DNA of 64,000 nt, from positions 15,066,001-15,130,000 of the forward strand of contig NC_045714.1 in assembly GCF_009834535.1 (NCBI RefSeq), given 5' to 3'. The translations under genes were made by a program, and so were the position numbers. This stretch comes from Camelus ferus (taxonomy: Eukaryota). Below, one piece after another: positions 50,179-61,997 of the stretch (position 1 is its first letter; each line of letters starts with the position of its first letter). The notes under the pieces were generated by a model. The model did no database searches and was not told where the DNA came from. It saw nothing but the letters and a program-made list of their open reading frames with translations.

Positions 50179-50699
50179 GTGATGTTGTTGCAGTGTCTCA
50201 CTGGAAGCTTGGCTGGCTGTGGGGTCTTTGTGGAGAGGGAGGGGTCTTTGCACCAGGACTCGGGTCGGGACTGGAGGGGTCCTGAATGAGGCAGAGGGCC
50301 CAGGAGGACTGGCATTCTCACTGCCCTCCCAGAAGGGGCTCTGCCAGCAGCTCTGAGGCAGATCAGAGCCTGAGGTGCCCCCCTTGTCGCCTGAACCACA
50401 GATGGGTGGAGCCGCTGCTGCCACAGGTGGGAGGAGACCGTGCAGGCCCCCAGGGGTGTTGGCAGCCCGAGAGTCTGGGTTCAGCCCCAGGGCTGGGCGG
50501 CCACAAGACCACCCAGTTCCCGTGCTGTGCCTGTCTCCTGGCTGGTGTGCCCACCTCGTCGTGACTGGAGACAACCTACGGCCAGCTCTCAGGACAGTGC
50601 TGGCTCACAGTGCACCCCCACCCGGTACCGCCGAGACCCCAGGCGGGGCCGCGGCAGGTGGCTGAGGCTGCAGTGCAGGGTTGAGTGGCTGTGTGGGGA

Positions 50700-50829
50700 G
50701 ACGCAGCCTGACGCACAGGCAGGAAGTGAGGTGGGAGCTGGGCTGAGGGCTGCACAAAGGCACCGCGCCTCAAGGTGCCCAGGCTGCCTGCTGCCCCAGA
50801 CAGCGGAGGAGGCGTGCGCCTCGGCCTTG
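50700..50829 (+). promoter_or_regulatory. Probable LIME1 promoter/non-coding exon 1
   Basis: ETS motif AGGAAGTG at about 50721 and a strong donor TTG|GTAAGT at 50829/30. The next acceptor, ctgcctccag|G (51692/3), lies just before the LIME1 ATG. Confidence 0.5.
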
Positions 50830-51713
50830 GTAAGTGTCTGCTCTGGTCTCCAGCCTGGCCAGGGCCCCAGGCCACTTAGTGCCTTCCTCGGACAGCTGAG
50901 GACTGGGGTCTGGGAGGATTGGGCCCTACCAGGTCAGGTCACTGGGCCCTGGGTCCTCCCTGGGTCTGGGCAGACTGGCCTCCACCTCCAAAACACCCCA
51001 TCCCCTGGCTCTGTGCTGCTGGACTACAAGACCATGCTGGTTGTGGGGTAGACGCCCTCTCCCCTCAAGCAGCTCTGTAAGACGCCAGGAAGCAGACGTC
51101 CAGTGGCAGAGACAGTTGGAGCGGTGGATGGAGAGGTGGGGTGGGGCAGGCAATGCCCAGAGCAGCCCTTCCTCCCCCTCCACCGGCTTTCCAGCCCCTC
51201 AGGGGCCAGCCTCTGTAGCGGACAGCTAGGGGGCATACCTGAGACAGGAGCCATGCCTGGGCAGGACGTGGCTGCAGGTGAGTGTGGCTCGTGGCTTGCA
51301 AGCCTAGGGTGTGACCTCAGGGCCTCCCTGGCTCTCAGGTTTGGGCTGCAGTGACCACAGCAGGGCTTTGGCCAGGTCACAGCTGCCCTGCCCCTCCTCA
51401 CTGGCCATGCTTGGCCATCACCTGCTCATCCTCACCAACTCAAGTGCCCAGGGGCCAGGCAGAGCACACCTCACACTCACCAGGAGTCCCCAGGCAGAGG
51501 TGGGAAGGTAGGCACCTGGGCTGTGTCCCCTCAGCCTCTGTAGGAAGGAGGGGTGCTGAGCCTTGGGGTTTCCTGTGTGCTGAGTCAGCACCCAAGGGGG
51601 AGGGAAACGCCCAGCAGCTGGAGTCGCAGGAGTGGGCCTGTCAGGGAGGTGCCCAGTCCCTTAGCCCCCAGCCCTCTGTCTTCTGCCTCCAGGCCTGTCC
51701 ACGGCTTTGCAGG

Positions 51714-52972
51714 ATGAGGCCACAGGTGCCCTTGGCCCCTCCTGCCCTCTGGGTCCTAGGGTGCCTCACCTTCCTGCTCTGGCTGTGGGTGCTGTGCTCA
51801 GCCTGCCACAGGTATGTCCACCCCTGGCCTTGGTGGGGCCTGGCTCAGCTCTGCAGCCAGAAGGGGTGGGGCTCCAGGCTGGCCTAGCACCAGCTCTGTA
51901 CACATGCCTCCCTGTGGGCCTCAGACCAGGGGCAGATGCCCTTGACCCGCGTGTCTGCCTCACTGGCCTGATGACCCTCTTGCCCCCAGGAAGCGGGTGC
52001 CAAGGCAGCTGTCCAGGCTGCAGGACAGTGTGATGCCAGCGGAAGGGGTGAGTGCCAGGCTGTCCCCGGGGCCAGGGTGGGGCCAGCAGGGCACCAGCCA
52101 GTCTTCCTCGCCCCCAGTCACTGATGAGACGGCCCTACCACCACTCCCTCAGCAAGTCGGACACCAGACTGCATGAGCTGCACCGCAGCCGGCCCTGCAG
52201 CAGAGGTGAGCCAGTGGGAGGGCCGGGCCTGGCAGTGGGCAGGCATCCCCTGACCCTGAGTGATCCCTTCCCTGACCCCAGCCCCAGCCCCACGGCCCGC
52301 CAGCGTGGATTTCCTGTGCCCACAATGGCCAGAGGTGTCCAGAGGCACTACCAGGCCCCCAGCAGCCTTCTCACACCTGGAGCTGCCCCTGGCTGCGCCC
52401 TCCACCGGCCCCGAGGCCACCTATTCCAACGTGGGGCTGGCTGCAATCCCCCGGGCCAGCCTGGCAGTCAGCCCTGGGGTGTGGACAGGGTCATGGCTGA
52501 CCAGCAGCTGTGCCAGGCCTGGGCCTGCGGCCAGACCCGTGGTGGCTGAGTATGCTTGCATCCAGAAGTTCAAGGGAACAGATCGGGGTCCCCAAGGCCT
52601 GGAGCTGGGGAAGGCTGAGCTGACCCCAGCCACTCAGGTATAGTGAAGGATGTGAGGCAGGGTGGGTTGGACTGAGCAGATCCTTGGCAGAACGGATGGT
52701 GCTGACCCCTCTCCGGGTTGGCTTCCTCTCTCCAGGTGGACCTCCTGTACTCCAGGGTCAGCAAGCCTAAAAGGAGGGACCCAGGACCTGCCACATGCCA
52801 GCCCAACCCCAATGGAGGGGGAGCAATTCTGGCTCTGAGGGGTGACTCGGCCTACGAGGTCCTTCCACTCAGGGGTCTGGGTGTGGACAAGAGCCTCCTG
52901 GAAAACGTGTATGAGAGCATCCAGGAGATGGGGGCTTCTGCGCACCTGGAGCCCCCTAGCTCGAGCTCCTAG
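51714..52972 (+). CDS. LIME1: Lck-interacting transmembrane adaptor 1 (276 aa, intact)
   Basis: Exons 51714-51811, 51990-52047, 52118-52205, 52288-52637, 52736-52972, totalling 831 nt. TM helix plus CSAC palmitoylation motif, [12 protein letters not shown], and tyrosine motifs YSNV, YACI, YSRV, YEVL and YESI. AATAAA at 53166-71. Confidence 0.95.
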
Positions 52973-53499
52973 CAGGAGAGGATATATGCAGGGCATGGAG
53001 CCCCCTGCTTCCTGTCTAAACACCCAAGTACCATGGTCCTTCCTCCAGAGTGGGGTGCCACCCTTCACTTCCCCCACAGTCCCCTCCCACACACAGCTGA
53101 CAGCAGAAATTCCAGATCGCAGGGCTGCCAGCCTGTGGGGTCCCTGGGGTCCAGGGCAGCCTCTCAATAAATCCCCAGCTCAGGCGCCGAACACAGCCTT
53201 GCCTCACCGCCTGCTCTTCTTGAAAGCCTGGGAGGCTGGGCGGGCAGGGAGTGTGGGGAGGTCGGGAAGTAGTTTAAAACCTCCCCTCGGGACGGGCTCC
53301 CTTCCGCCTGGGGACACCGGCGGGTCGGGCTCAGAAGACCGAGTAGGGAGGGAGGCAAGCCCTGGGGGGTGGTCCCTAGGCCAGTGGGCCCTCAGGGCAG
53401 TGAGCCGGCCCGCCCGGTGGCCGCCCCAGGGTGGGACCTGGACCCAGAATGTCAGGGAGGGCTCCGCCACCAGGCCCCTGGAGTTACATAAGGGGTGGG

Positions 53500-54600
53500 G
53501 GAGGTGGGCGGCCGTGCGTTAAAGAGTAACCTGCTCCCGGGAAGCCCGCCAAGGAGACGCGGCCCCCTCCCAGATCCCGCAGCTCGCGTAGCAGCAACCC
53601 GCGAGGAAGCCGGCCCGCCGGACGCCAGGGCCTGCCGGCGCCGAGCTCGGGAGGGGGCGGGGCGTTGAGCGGGCGGGCGCGGGCCGCACCCCTTCCCAGG
53701 CCGGCGCGGGAGCGACCAGCGCGGGAGCAGACGGACGGGGCGGGCCGGGCCGGGCCGCAGGGCAGGCCAATGGGCACGCGGGGGCGGGGCGGGGGGGCGG
53801 GGCCTCGGGCCTCGGGCCTCGAGGAGGGGGCGGGGCCGGCCGGCAGCCTCCGGGCAGCGAGGCGCGGGCGGCGGCCGATCCAGGGCGGGGGTCGGCGGCC
53901 CGGCCAGCCCGGCCCGGCCCGGCCCGGGGCCGCGTCCCGAGTGTCCGCCCTCGCCGCTGCAGCCTTGGCGCCCGGCCGGCCGGCCGGCCATGGAGGCCAA
54001 GCGTCCCCCGGCGCCCGGCCCGGGCTGCGGGGGTCCCCCTCCCCGCGCCGCCGGCCGGGACCCCGCGGCCACGCTCGTGTCGGTGCCCGCGCCGCCGCAG
54101 GTACCGGGCGTGGGGCACCGGCAAAGTTGCCGCTGCGAAGATGGCGTCGGGCTGCACGAACTTTGGGCCCCCGGGCGGGGCGAGCGAGGGCGGCACGTCT
54201 TCGCGCGTGTCCGTGGGGCTGGCGGGGCTGGGCCGGCGCCCGGAGCGCTTCCCGCCGCCGCAGCCGGGGGCGGGGCCGGAGGCGGGGGCCGCACCGGCCA
54301 CAGCCGGTTTGGGGGCGGGGCGCCAGCGAGTTGGGGTGGCGGCGGGGTTGGGGACCCGGCCGCTGTCCCGGCTGAGCCGCCCGCGTCCGCAGGGCCCTGC
54401 TGTGGAGTTCGCGCTGCCTCAGGAGCCGGAGCCGCGGGCCGCGGACCTCGGGGCCCCGGGGGCGGGGGCGGGGGCTGCGGGGCCCCGGGCGCCTTTGGCG
54501 CACGTCCCGGTGCCAGTGCATAGGTGAGCCGGGGCCCGCGAGCCGGGCCGAGGGGGGCGTGTGCACACATGCGCCCGCGTGTGCAGGGGTGGTGGGTGGG
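53500..54600 (+). promoter_or_regulatory. SLC2A4RG CpG-island promoter
   Basis: Dense CpG, CCAAT at 53767-71 followed by GC boxes (GGGGCGGGGC), plus short (GGGCCTC)3 and (GGCCC)n repeats. Confidence 0.8.
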
Positions 54601-57074
54601 GCACGGGCAGGAGCCTTCCCGACCCCACCCCCGTAGAGGGCCTCGGTGGAGGGCAGGTCAGCGTCCTGACCTGGGTTTCTGCTCCCACCTCCCAACTCTT
54701 CAGCCTTGGAGGAGTTAATCAGAAATGACCAATGTGTTAGTAGGCCTCGTTCCCCCCAAACCCTGGGGGCGAGTGCGCAGAACTAGGAGGGAGCGGTTGT
54801 CTGTCTCTGTGCAGAAGAGGCTGCGGGCCGGTGTGGAAGCGACTATCCAGGAATCCCGGGCCCCTGGTGGTCCATCTCCCCAGCTCTGCAAGCTGTGAAA
54901 CCCTCCAGGGTGCCTGACACCCTCGCTGACTGCGCAGGCAGGGGCGGGCTCTGGTCTGGCCGGCTGGGGCCTGGGGCCCGGCTTGTGCTTGGAGCCCAGT
55001 CTCCCCTGGCTGCTGCTGACTGCTGGCTGCTCCCGCCCTCCCAGGCCTGGCACTAGGCCCACAGCTGCTGTTGCACAACCCTGGTTAATGTGTGATTGGG
55101 GGAGGGCTGGACCTGGCCTGGGCTGGCCCCACCAGCGGGGCCTCAGACCCCTGTCCAGCACCAGGGTCTGAAGACACCACCTGGAACAAAGCCCAGGCTG
55201 CAGAGAAGTCAGGCTGAGGGAGGACCCCTGCCCAGGCCAGTTCTTGGTGGTTCCTGGAGATCTGGGGCTTGGCCACCTGAGCTGGGGGTGGGGCTGGGCC
55301 TCCTGCCCAGCTCCTGGAGTGAGGGAGTCTGGTGCACACACGTGCCCAGGCCTGCACGTGTACTGGGCCATGGGAGGGGCCTGAAGTACTTCCTGGGCCC
55401 CACCTGCACCCCGCCCCCATCTCCTCCAGAGCCCCCCGAGGAAAGGCCCAGCCCGATGAGGTCATGGCTGCCGCAGCCCTCACAAGCCTGTCCACCAGCC
55501 CCCTCCTGCTGGGGGCCCCAGCTGTAGCCTTCAGCACAGGTGAGACTTAGAAGCCTGGCTTGGGGTGGGGGTGGTGGCAGGACCCAGGACCACTGTCCCT
55601 CCAGTACCCTACAAACCTCCAAGCCCCTGTGCAGTAAGCAGAGGCCCCCTGTCCTGGAACACCATCTTCTAAATGCACCTCTTGAGGCCTAAAATGTACC
55701 TCAGGACCCCCTCTGCCCCTCACCGAGGCCCAAGCTGCAGTGCCCAGGCCCGCAGGCCTCTGTGACCTGTCCATCTCCTGGCTGGCTAGGCGTCTGCCCA
55801 CACGGGACTCTTCTGTTTTTCCTTCCATGTGCTGGAGAGGCTAGTCAGCTCCTACTGTAGCCAACTCCTGACCACTGCCTCTTCCAAGAGGTCCTTTCCC
55901 ACCAAGCTTACCTGAGAACAGGTGAACAGGTGGAGGCTCCGAGTTAAGGGCCTCGAAGCCAGTTTCTGAGCCCACCGAAAGTGCCAACAGTGGCACTGGT
56001 ATGTCCCCGCAGAGCCCAGCTTGGAGCCCTGGAAGGAGGCCCTGGTGCGGCCACTGAGCAGCTGCAGCAGCGGGGACTGGGGCTGGGACGTGGCCAGTGA
56101 CCAGTCCTCTCCATCTACACCGTCGCCCCCGCTGCCTCCTGAGGCAGCCCACTTCCTGTTCGGGGAGCCCGCCCTGAGGAAGAGGAAGGTGAGCCTGAGG
56201 ACAGCCCACTGGGCAGGATGGACACAGGTGGCCGAGCCTGACCCCTGGCCATTGTCACCCAGAGCTCGCTGCAGGTCCTGTTCCAGTGTCTGTGGAAGCG
56301 CTGCGGGAAGGTGCTGAGCACAGCCTCTGGGATGCAGAGACACATCCGCCTGGTGCACCTGGGGTGCGGTGGGGCCAGCGGTGGGGGGTGGGGGGGCGGC
56401 CAGACTGGGTTCCGCTTCAGCTCCACCCACCGCGCCCCCAGCAGGCGGCAGGCCGAGCCCGAGCAGAGTGATGGCGAGGAGGACTTCTACTACACAGAGC
56501 TGGACGTCAGCATGGACTCGCTGACCGAGGGGCTGTTCAGCCTGACCCCCGGGTCCCCCACGGCCTCCGTGCCACCCTCCTTCCCCCGCCTGGAGCTGCT
56601 GGAGCCCCCGGAGCCCCCAGCCCTGCCCACTCTGCTGCACCCACTGTCCCTGCCCCCACCCCCAGTGCTGAGCTCCGCAGCGTCCCCCCAGGTGTGCCAC
56701 CATGACCATGCCTACCAGGTAGGTGAGGCCACTGGCAGCTGCTGGGTCCGGGTCTTGGGGTGCTCTGGAGGGGTGTAAGGCCACAGCTGTGTCTCCTCTC
56801 AGGGCTGCCAGGCACCCACCCTCCTGGAGCCACAGCCCACCCCAGCCCTGCCCGCCAAGCTTGGTGCCAGTCTAAGGTGCGTGTGTGTAGAGGGGCTGGG
56901 GCAGGCACCAGGCAGGGAGGGTCCCAGCCCAGCAGCACCCATGGCCTCGTGTGTCCCCCCAGGAAGCCCCGAGGTGATGCCAAGAAGTGCCGGAAGGTGT
57001 ACGGCATGGACCGTCGGGACCTGTGGTGCACAGCCTGCCGCTGGAAGAAGGCCTGCCAGCGCTTCCTGGACTGA
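53990..57074 (+). CDS. SLC2A4RG: SLC2A4 regulator (GLUT4 enhancer factor/HDBP1), 362 aa, intact
   Basis: Exons 53990-54100, 54393-54523, 55430-55539, 56013-56188, 56263-56363, 56445-56718, 56803-56876, 56963-57074, totalling 1089 nt. Motifs: [22 protein letters not shown]2H2 finger CLWKRC...[16 protein letters not shown], and C-clamp KKCRKVYGM...[16 protein letters not shown]. Confidence 0.96.
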
Positions 57075-57665
57075 GCCCCCCCCCACCGAGGCCTCTCCTA
57101 GCCGCAGGGTTTTCTAACTAGGGGGGCCCCCACTGTTCAAAGTGCCTCTGAAGAAACCAGCCTTTTGCACTAAAGCCAAACCTCACAGCTGTCCCCTTGG
57201 CCCGGGATCCCCAGGGGTGGCCACCCCTGCCTGTCGGCCCTGGACCTGTCAGGGGTGTGATGAGCCCAGCTTTGTGGCCACATGGGGCCCAGTCCTCAAT
57301 GCACTTTGAGGGGGTGTTGGGGAGGGGGCTCCCCCACCTGCACTTAACCTGACCATTTGAGGGCCTGGGATGGACATTTGTACCGTGTTTTCAAAGCTCA
57401 GGTGTCTCGAGTCTGGGCCAAACCAGGCGAGAAGAAAAATTAAAGATTTGGGGTTTTTCCAAAAGCTGTTTCTGCCTCCTGGGTTGGGGAGGACATGGAA
57501 CTGGGGTCCTGCCGTGGGCAGGAGCAGTGGGGTGGGCAGGCAGGAGGCCAGCAACCAGGCTGCCTGGGGGTGGGGGTCACTGGCCACCTGGACCCAGGTG
57601 AGGCTGGAGGAGGGGACACTGTCTGAAACACACACGAGGCATCTACTCAAGCAGCAATTTCCCAA

Positions 57666-57671
57666 TTTATT
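57666..57671 (-). terminator. ZBTB46 distal polyadenylation signal
   Basis: TTTATT on + at 57666-71. A more proximal one is at 58518-23. Confidence 0.55.
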
Positions 57672-57852
57672 GAAAGTGATCGCTTTGCAAGAATGTCTAG
57701 CTAATCCCGTCACAGAAAGGCCCAGAGTGCGCCCAGGCAGACAAGAAATCTCAAGACCACTAGGCGAAGTACTGTTTACCTGTCAGCGGCACAGGGAGCA
57801 GACAACAGAGCTGTGATATCCCATCGACTGATTACGAAAAACTCCCCCAAGT

Positions 57853-57899
57853 AATAAACACGTCTCCAGCACAAACACAGGTTTGTAATAATTAATAAA
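57853..57899 (+). terminator. SLC2A4RG polyadenylation signals
   Basis: AATAAA at 57853-58 and 57894-99. Confidence 0.55.
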
Positions 57900-60405
57900 A
57901 GTCGGTATAATATAGATTATCCCCAGAAAAAAAGTCAACAGTCTTCAAACACTGCCTGTTTTTTGTCTGTTTTGTCTTTGTTGACAGGTTGAAAGCATGT
58001 TGAAAAAATAAATATTTAAGAGAAGCACACAGCGCCCTCACTACAAGTAGTTCTAAAAAGGGCCGCACACGAAAACACAACATAGGGTCTAAAAAACAGA
58101 AACACCATTAAGTATGGCTTTCTTAAGAGTTGCACATGTCACAGAATAAGCGAAAATAATATTATCTTTCATAATATTGCAAAAAGTTCCAGTTTTTGCA
58201 TTTTCTCAGGGTTTTCTTTTTAAAAGGAAGATGTGCAAAGTTGGAAGCAGTAGCTGTGTCTTGAGCAGAGGTCCCTATCGAGTCCTGGCAGTGTTGTGAC
58301 TGTCCCCCAGACCAGAGTCCAAACCTACAGCCTGGTCAGGATCCGGAGTTTGATACAGAAGTCTTGGTTTCCCGGCCCCCCACCCCACCCGCAAAGACCC
58401 TGCCACCTGACGGACTGTGTTCCACGGCGTTGCCAATGCCAAGTACAGACACACAAACGAAAAAGTACAAAATGTGAAATGTAATCTGCACGTCTTTTTC
58501 CTCTTCATAAAAAAATATTTATTAGTTTAAACATTGATTTTGGGGGAAAAAAATCACGTAAAAAAAACCATTACACGTCTTTTCCCTCCATGCCTCCTGA
58601 GAGGCTATGTGTTCGTCTCATCTCTGAAATTCAGCACTGAGTTTACCGCACACGAGAATAAACAACACTGGGGGCTCGGGGGCAGGAAGTGGGACCCTCA
58701 GTCTTCCTGGAAAGTACTGTTTCAGGGAAGAAAATGCCCTGGTGGCACTGACGGCGACACCCCAGAAAGGGGACAGGGCAGCAAGGGTGGTCCCGCGCGG
58801 GTAGCGAGCAGGGCGGAGAGCGGGAGTCCTGAGTGCAGGGCAGAGGTGGCCCGGGTCGTGGGCAGGACGGCCTGAGAGGTGGGCCCGGGACCAAACCCAG
58901 AGACACTTTGTAGCAAAGGTCTGGTTTCCAAATGCGTTTTATAAGAAAGGAAGTCTGTTTATAAAAGGGTTAGAAAGTTGGGGAAAGGGACACGGGTGAG
59001 CGCCCTGCTGACAGGCTCAGCCAGGCCTCGCTGTGAAAGGCAGAAGGGGACCGGAGCCCCCAGCACCGGACCCCCCGTCCCCCAGCCCCCGCGCCAGCCT
59101 TGAGCTCACAGCTTCCCCAGCTGAGGGGGGTGGAGCGCAGCCCTCTTCTACGGACGGTATCTAAAACAAAAACAAAGCTGTGACTTCTCCCCTGGGCAAG
59201 ACTTCAGGTCAGCACCCTTGGCCAGCCGCCCCCCAACCCCAGCAGGCCGGAGGCTGTGCTCCAGTCGCCACCACTGGCCCCAGACGGTCTGCGGGGTTTT
59301 CCTTTCTCCGCCTGGAAAACCTGCGGGGCTGACGGCTGTGGGAAACGAGTGGAAAAGCCCAGCGCCGCCTGTGGCGCCCCAGCTCAGCACCCAAGCGGTC
59401 CTGCACTGACAGACAGACGGCCCGCGACAGGAGGAGCGAGCTGGGAGGCACGGAATGTCTGTGTCGTGGGCCTGGTCAGGACCCGCGGGAAGGAAGACAG
59501 ACGGGTCTGTGCCCTGCAACCTGGGAGGGAGACGTCCTCACAGCACAACGCAGGGCCTTGGCAGCTCAGAAAAGAGCGCAGACAGGTCGCGAGCAAGACC
59601 TGGAAACACGCCAAAGGAAAGATAGCCCTCAGGCTTCGTCAGGTGAGAAGGATGATGCTGAACAGAACCATTTCACGCGATTACCTGCTACCTTAGGACT
59701 TAGGCAGTCTGGTTACCCACGCGGGGAGGGGCGCGGCAGCGGGACACCCTCCAGTGTTAGCAGCAACAAAGGCAAGCCCGCCGGGAGGGTCAGCAGGACG
59801 GGCCTGGGCGGCAGACGGCCCGGGCCCTGAGAAGTGCACGCAGAACGTGGAGCAGGCCCTGCAGCGGGAGCACCCGGCCCCGCCGCCGCCCCGCGGAAGA
59901 TAGCACCTGGGAGCCCGGCCCGCGGTCAGCAGCTGCCCCGCGTTCAGCACCAGAGCCCGGAGGCAGGGGGGCCGCGGGGCTTTCCGGACACGGGACCTGG
60001 ACCCGGACCCTGCAGGGTGGCCGCAGAGCCAGTGGCCTGGGGTGCAGCGGCCGCAGGCAGTGACCAGGCTGCAGAGGCGGAGGGGAAGAAGGGGGAGGGT
60101 GGACACGGTGCCAGGTCTGCAGCTCCTGGACCTGGGCCCCCGGGGACGCACCTGGGAGCCCAGCGGTGTCCACCCTTTCCTGGCCTCAGGCCACAGTGCG
60201 CCGGAGCCCAGACCATGGGCTCCCCCGTTGCCCACCACTCCCACCTGCTGTGGAGACCACACAGCTCCCTGGCTGCCCCCACGCCCCAGCTCCGCGCTCT
60301 GCTGGAGCCCCACTCACTTCTGAACCCACGGGCTGGCGTCTGCGCACGTCGGGGGTGGGGCACACACGCCAGCGGCGGAGGCAGACAGGAGGCCCCAGCC
60401 CCAGC

Positions 60406-61594
60406 CTAGGAGATCCAGGTGAAGTCCTTGTCGCCACCCCCCGCAGGGCTGTGGGGCCCCCGTGGCGAGTCCTCGTCCTCCTTGTCGTCCCCCAACAGCG
60501 CGTCCTCGTGGGCCAGGCCCACGTCGTCCTCATCCTCGCCCAGCTCCTCCTCGCCCTCGCCGCGCGGGTCCTCGGGGTCCTCCAGGTACGGCCCATCGCC
60601 AGCGAACAGCTCAGGGGAGCCCTCGGCGCCCCTGCCGTCCAGGGGCCCGGCCCCGCTGCGACCCGCGCAGTCTGCGCACACACCGTGGCGCCGCGAGCCA
60701 TGCTTGATGCCCACGCTGGCGGCCGACATGAACACGCGGCTGCACAGTTTACACACGTACTTCTTGTCCTTGCTGTGGACCTGCGGGGAGAGGATGGTCA
60801 GTGCCGGGGGAGGGTGGTCAGTGCAGGCGGACGGCAGGCAACAGGCCTGCTCAGGCCCCTGACTCTGTCTGGGACCACTGCACACACAGAACTGCAGGTG
60901 CCACCAACACTCATCCCTGTCCAGAAGGGCGTGGGCAGTCGGCGGGCTGTGTCCCTCCCCTCATCGGGGCTGGTCTGTCCGGAGCTCAGGCCTGCTTGAG
61001 AGTCATGCTGTCTCCTCTGCCTCGCTCCCTACACTTCTCTGCAGATGCTGAGCAATGATCTCTGAACTCTGCCCTCTGAGGGGAGGAGCTCCCACAGCTG
61101 CTGGCTAGGGCCTGGAGGCCTGAGGGGGCCAGGTGGTTTGGAGGCCGGGTGATGGGAGCCCCAGGACAGCGGTGACCGGCAATGACTCGAGGCACCTGTC
61201 TCCTGAGAAATCCAGTCAGGGCGTCTGGGAGCTGGGCCAAGTGCGGACCTGGGCAGGAGGGCCGGGGGCTCGCCAAGGGGGACCCCGACTGCCGCTTCAG
61301 TGCTCCTCCTACAGCTGTGAACCCGCTTCCTAGAGTGACCAGTGCTGCCTCCCTCCTCTAGGCCCAGGGCCTGCGAGGACCGCCCTGGACTCGACCCGCC
61401 GCCCCGCCGCCCGCTCACCAGCGTGTGCCGCTTCATGTGCTCGCGCCTGGTGAACTTCTTCCCGCAGATCTCGCAGGGGTAGGGCCGCTCGCCGGTGTGG
61501 GAGCGCATGTGCCTCTTGAGGATGCACTGGTGCATGGCCGAGAAGCTGCAGTACGGGCACTTGAACTTCTTCCTGATCACCGCAAACTCGTTGA
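60406..61594 (-). CDS. ZBTB46: Zinc finger and BTB domain protein 46, last two coding exons (gene continues beyond the window)
   Basis: Exon 61594-61419 ([58 protein letters not shown]) and exon 60780-60406 ([27 protein letters not shown]...DKDFTWIS*), with canonical splice sites. Confidence 0.96.
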
Positions 61595-61902
61595 CTGGAA
61601 GACAACAGACGGTGGTGAGCCCGGCGCCGTGCGCCCGCCGCCTCCCACAACCCACTCGGAACCCTGCCCTGGAGCCCAGTCTCCACTCGGGGCTTGGGCG
61701 TCCCTGCAGGGCTGATGTCCGGAGCTGCGGGACAGGCCGGGGCCCCAGGCCAGAGGTGACGGCCCCCACTTTCTAAGAACACTTCTCAGGTCAGCTAGCA
61801 TCTCCCGCATCAGCCCCCAAAACACAGAGTCCACACACGGAGTCCCGGCAGGAACGCCAGCACGGACGCGGGCAGGAGCCAGCGGGGCCGCCGCCCCATC
61901 GA

Positions 61903-61997
61903 CACGTCTCACGCCCGCACGCCCGCATGCCGGGACACCCGCACGCCCTCACGCCCACACGCCCTCACACCCGCACGTCCTCACGTTCACGTCCGCA
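61903..61997. repeat. Degenerate ~8-bp minisatellite, CACGCCC(G/T)
   Basis: cacgtctcacgcccgcacgcccgcatgcc...cacccgcacgccctcacgcccacacgccctcacacccgcacgtcctcacgttcacgtcc. Confidence 0.8.

Noticed and set aside
59943-59963. Second RE1 site (TTCAGCACC...) in the ZBTB46 3'UTR
   Set aside because: Only the left half-site matches, and the right half (GGACAG) is absent.
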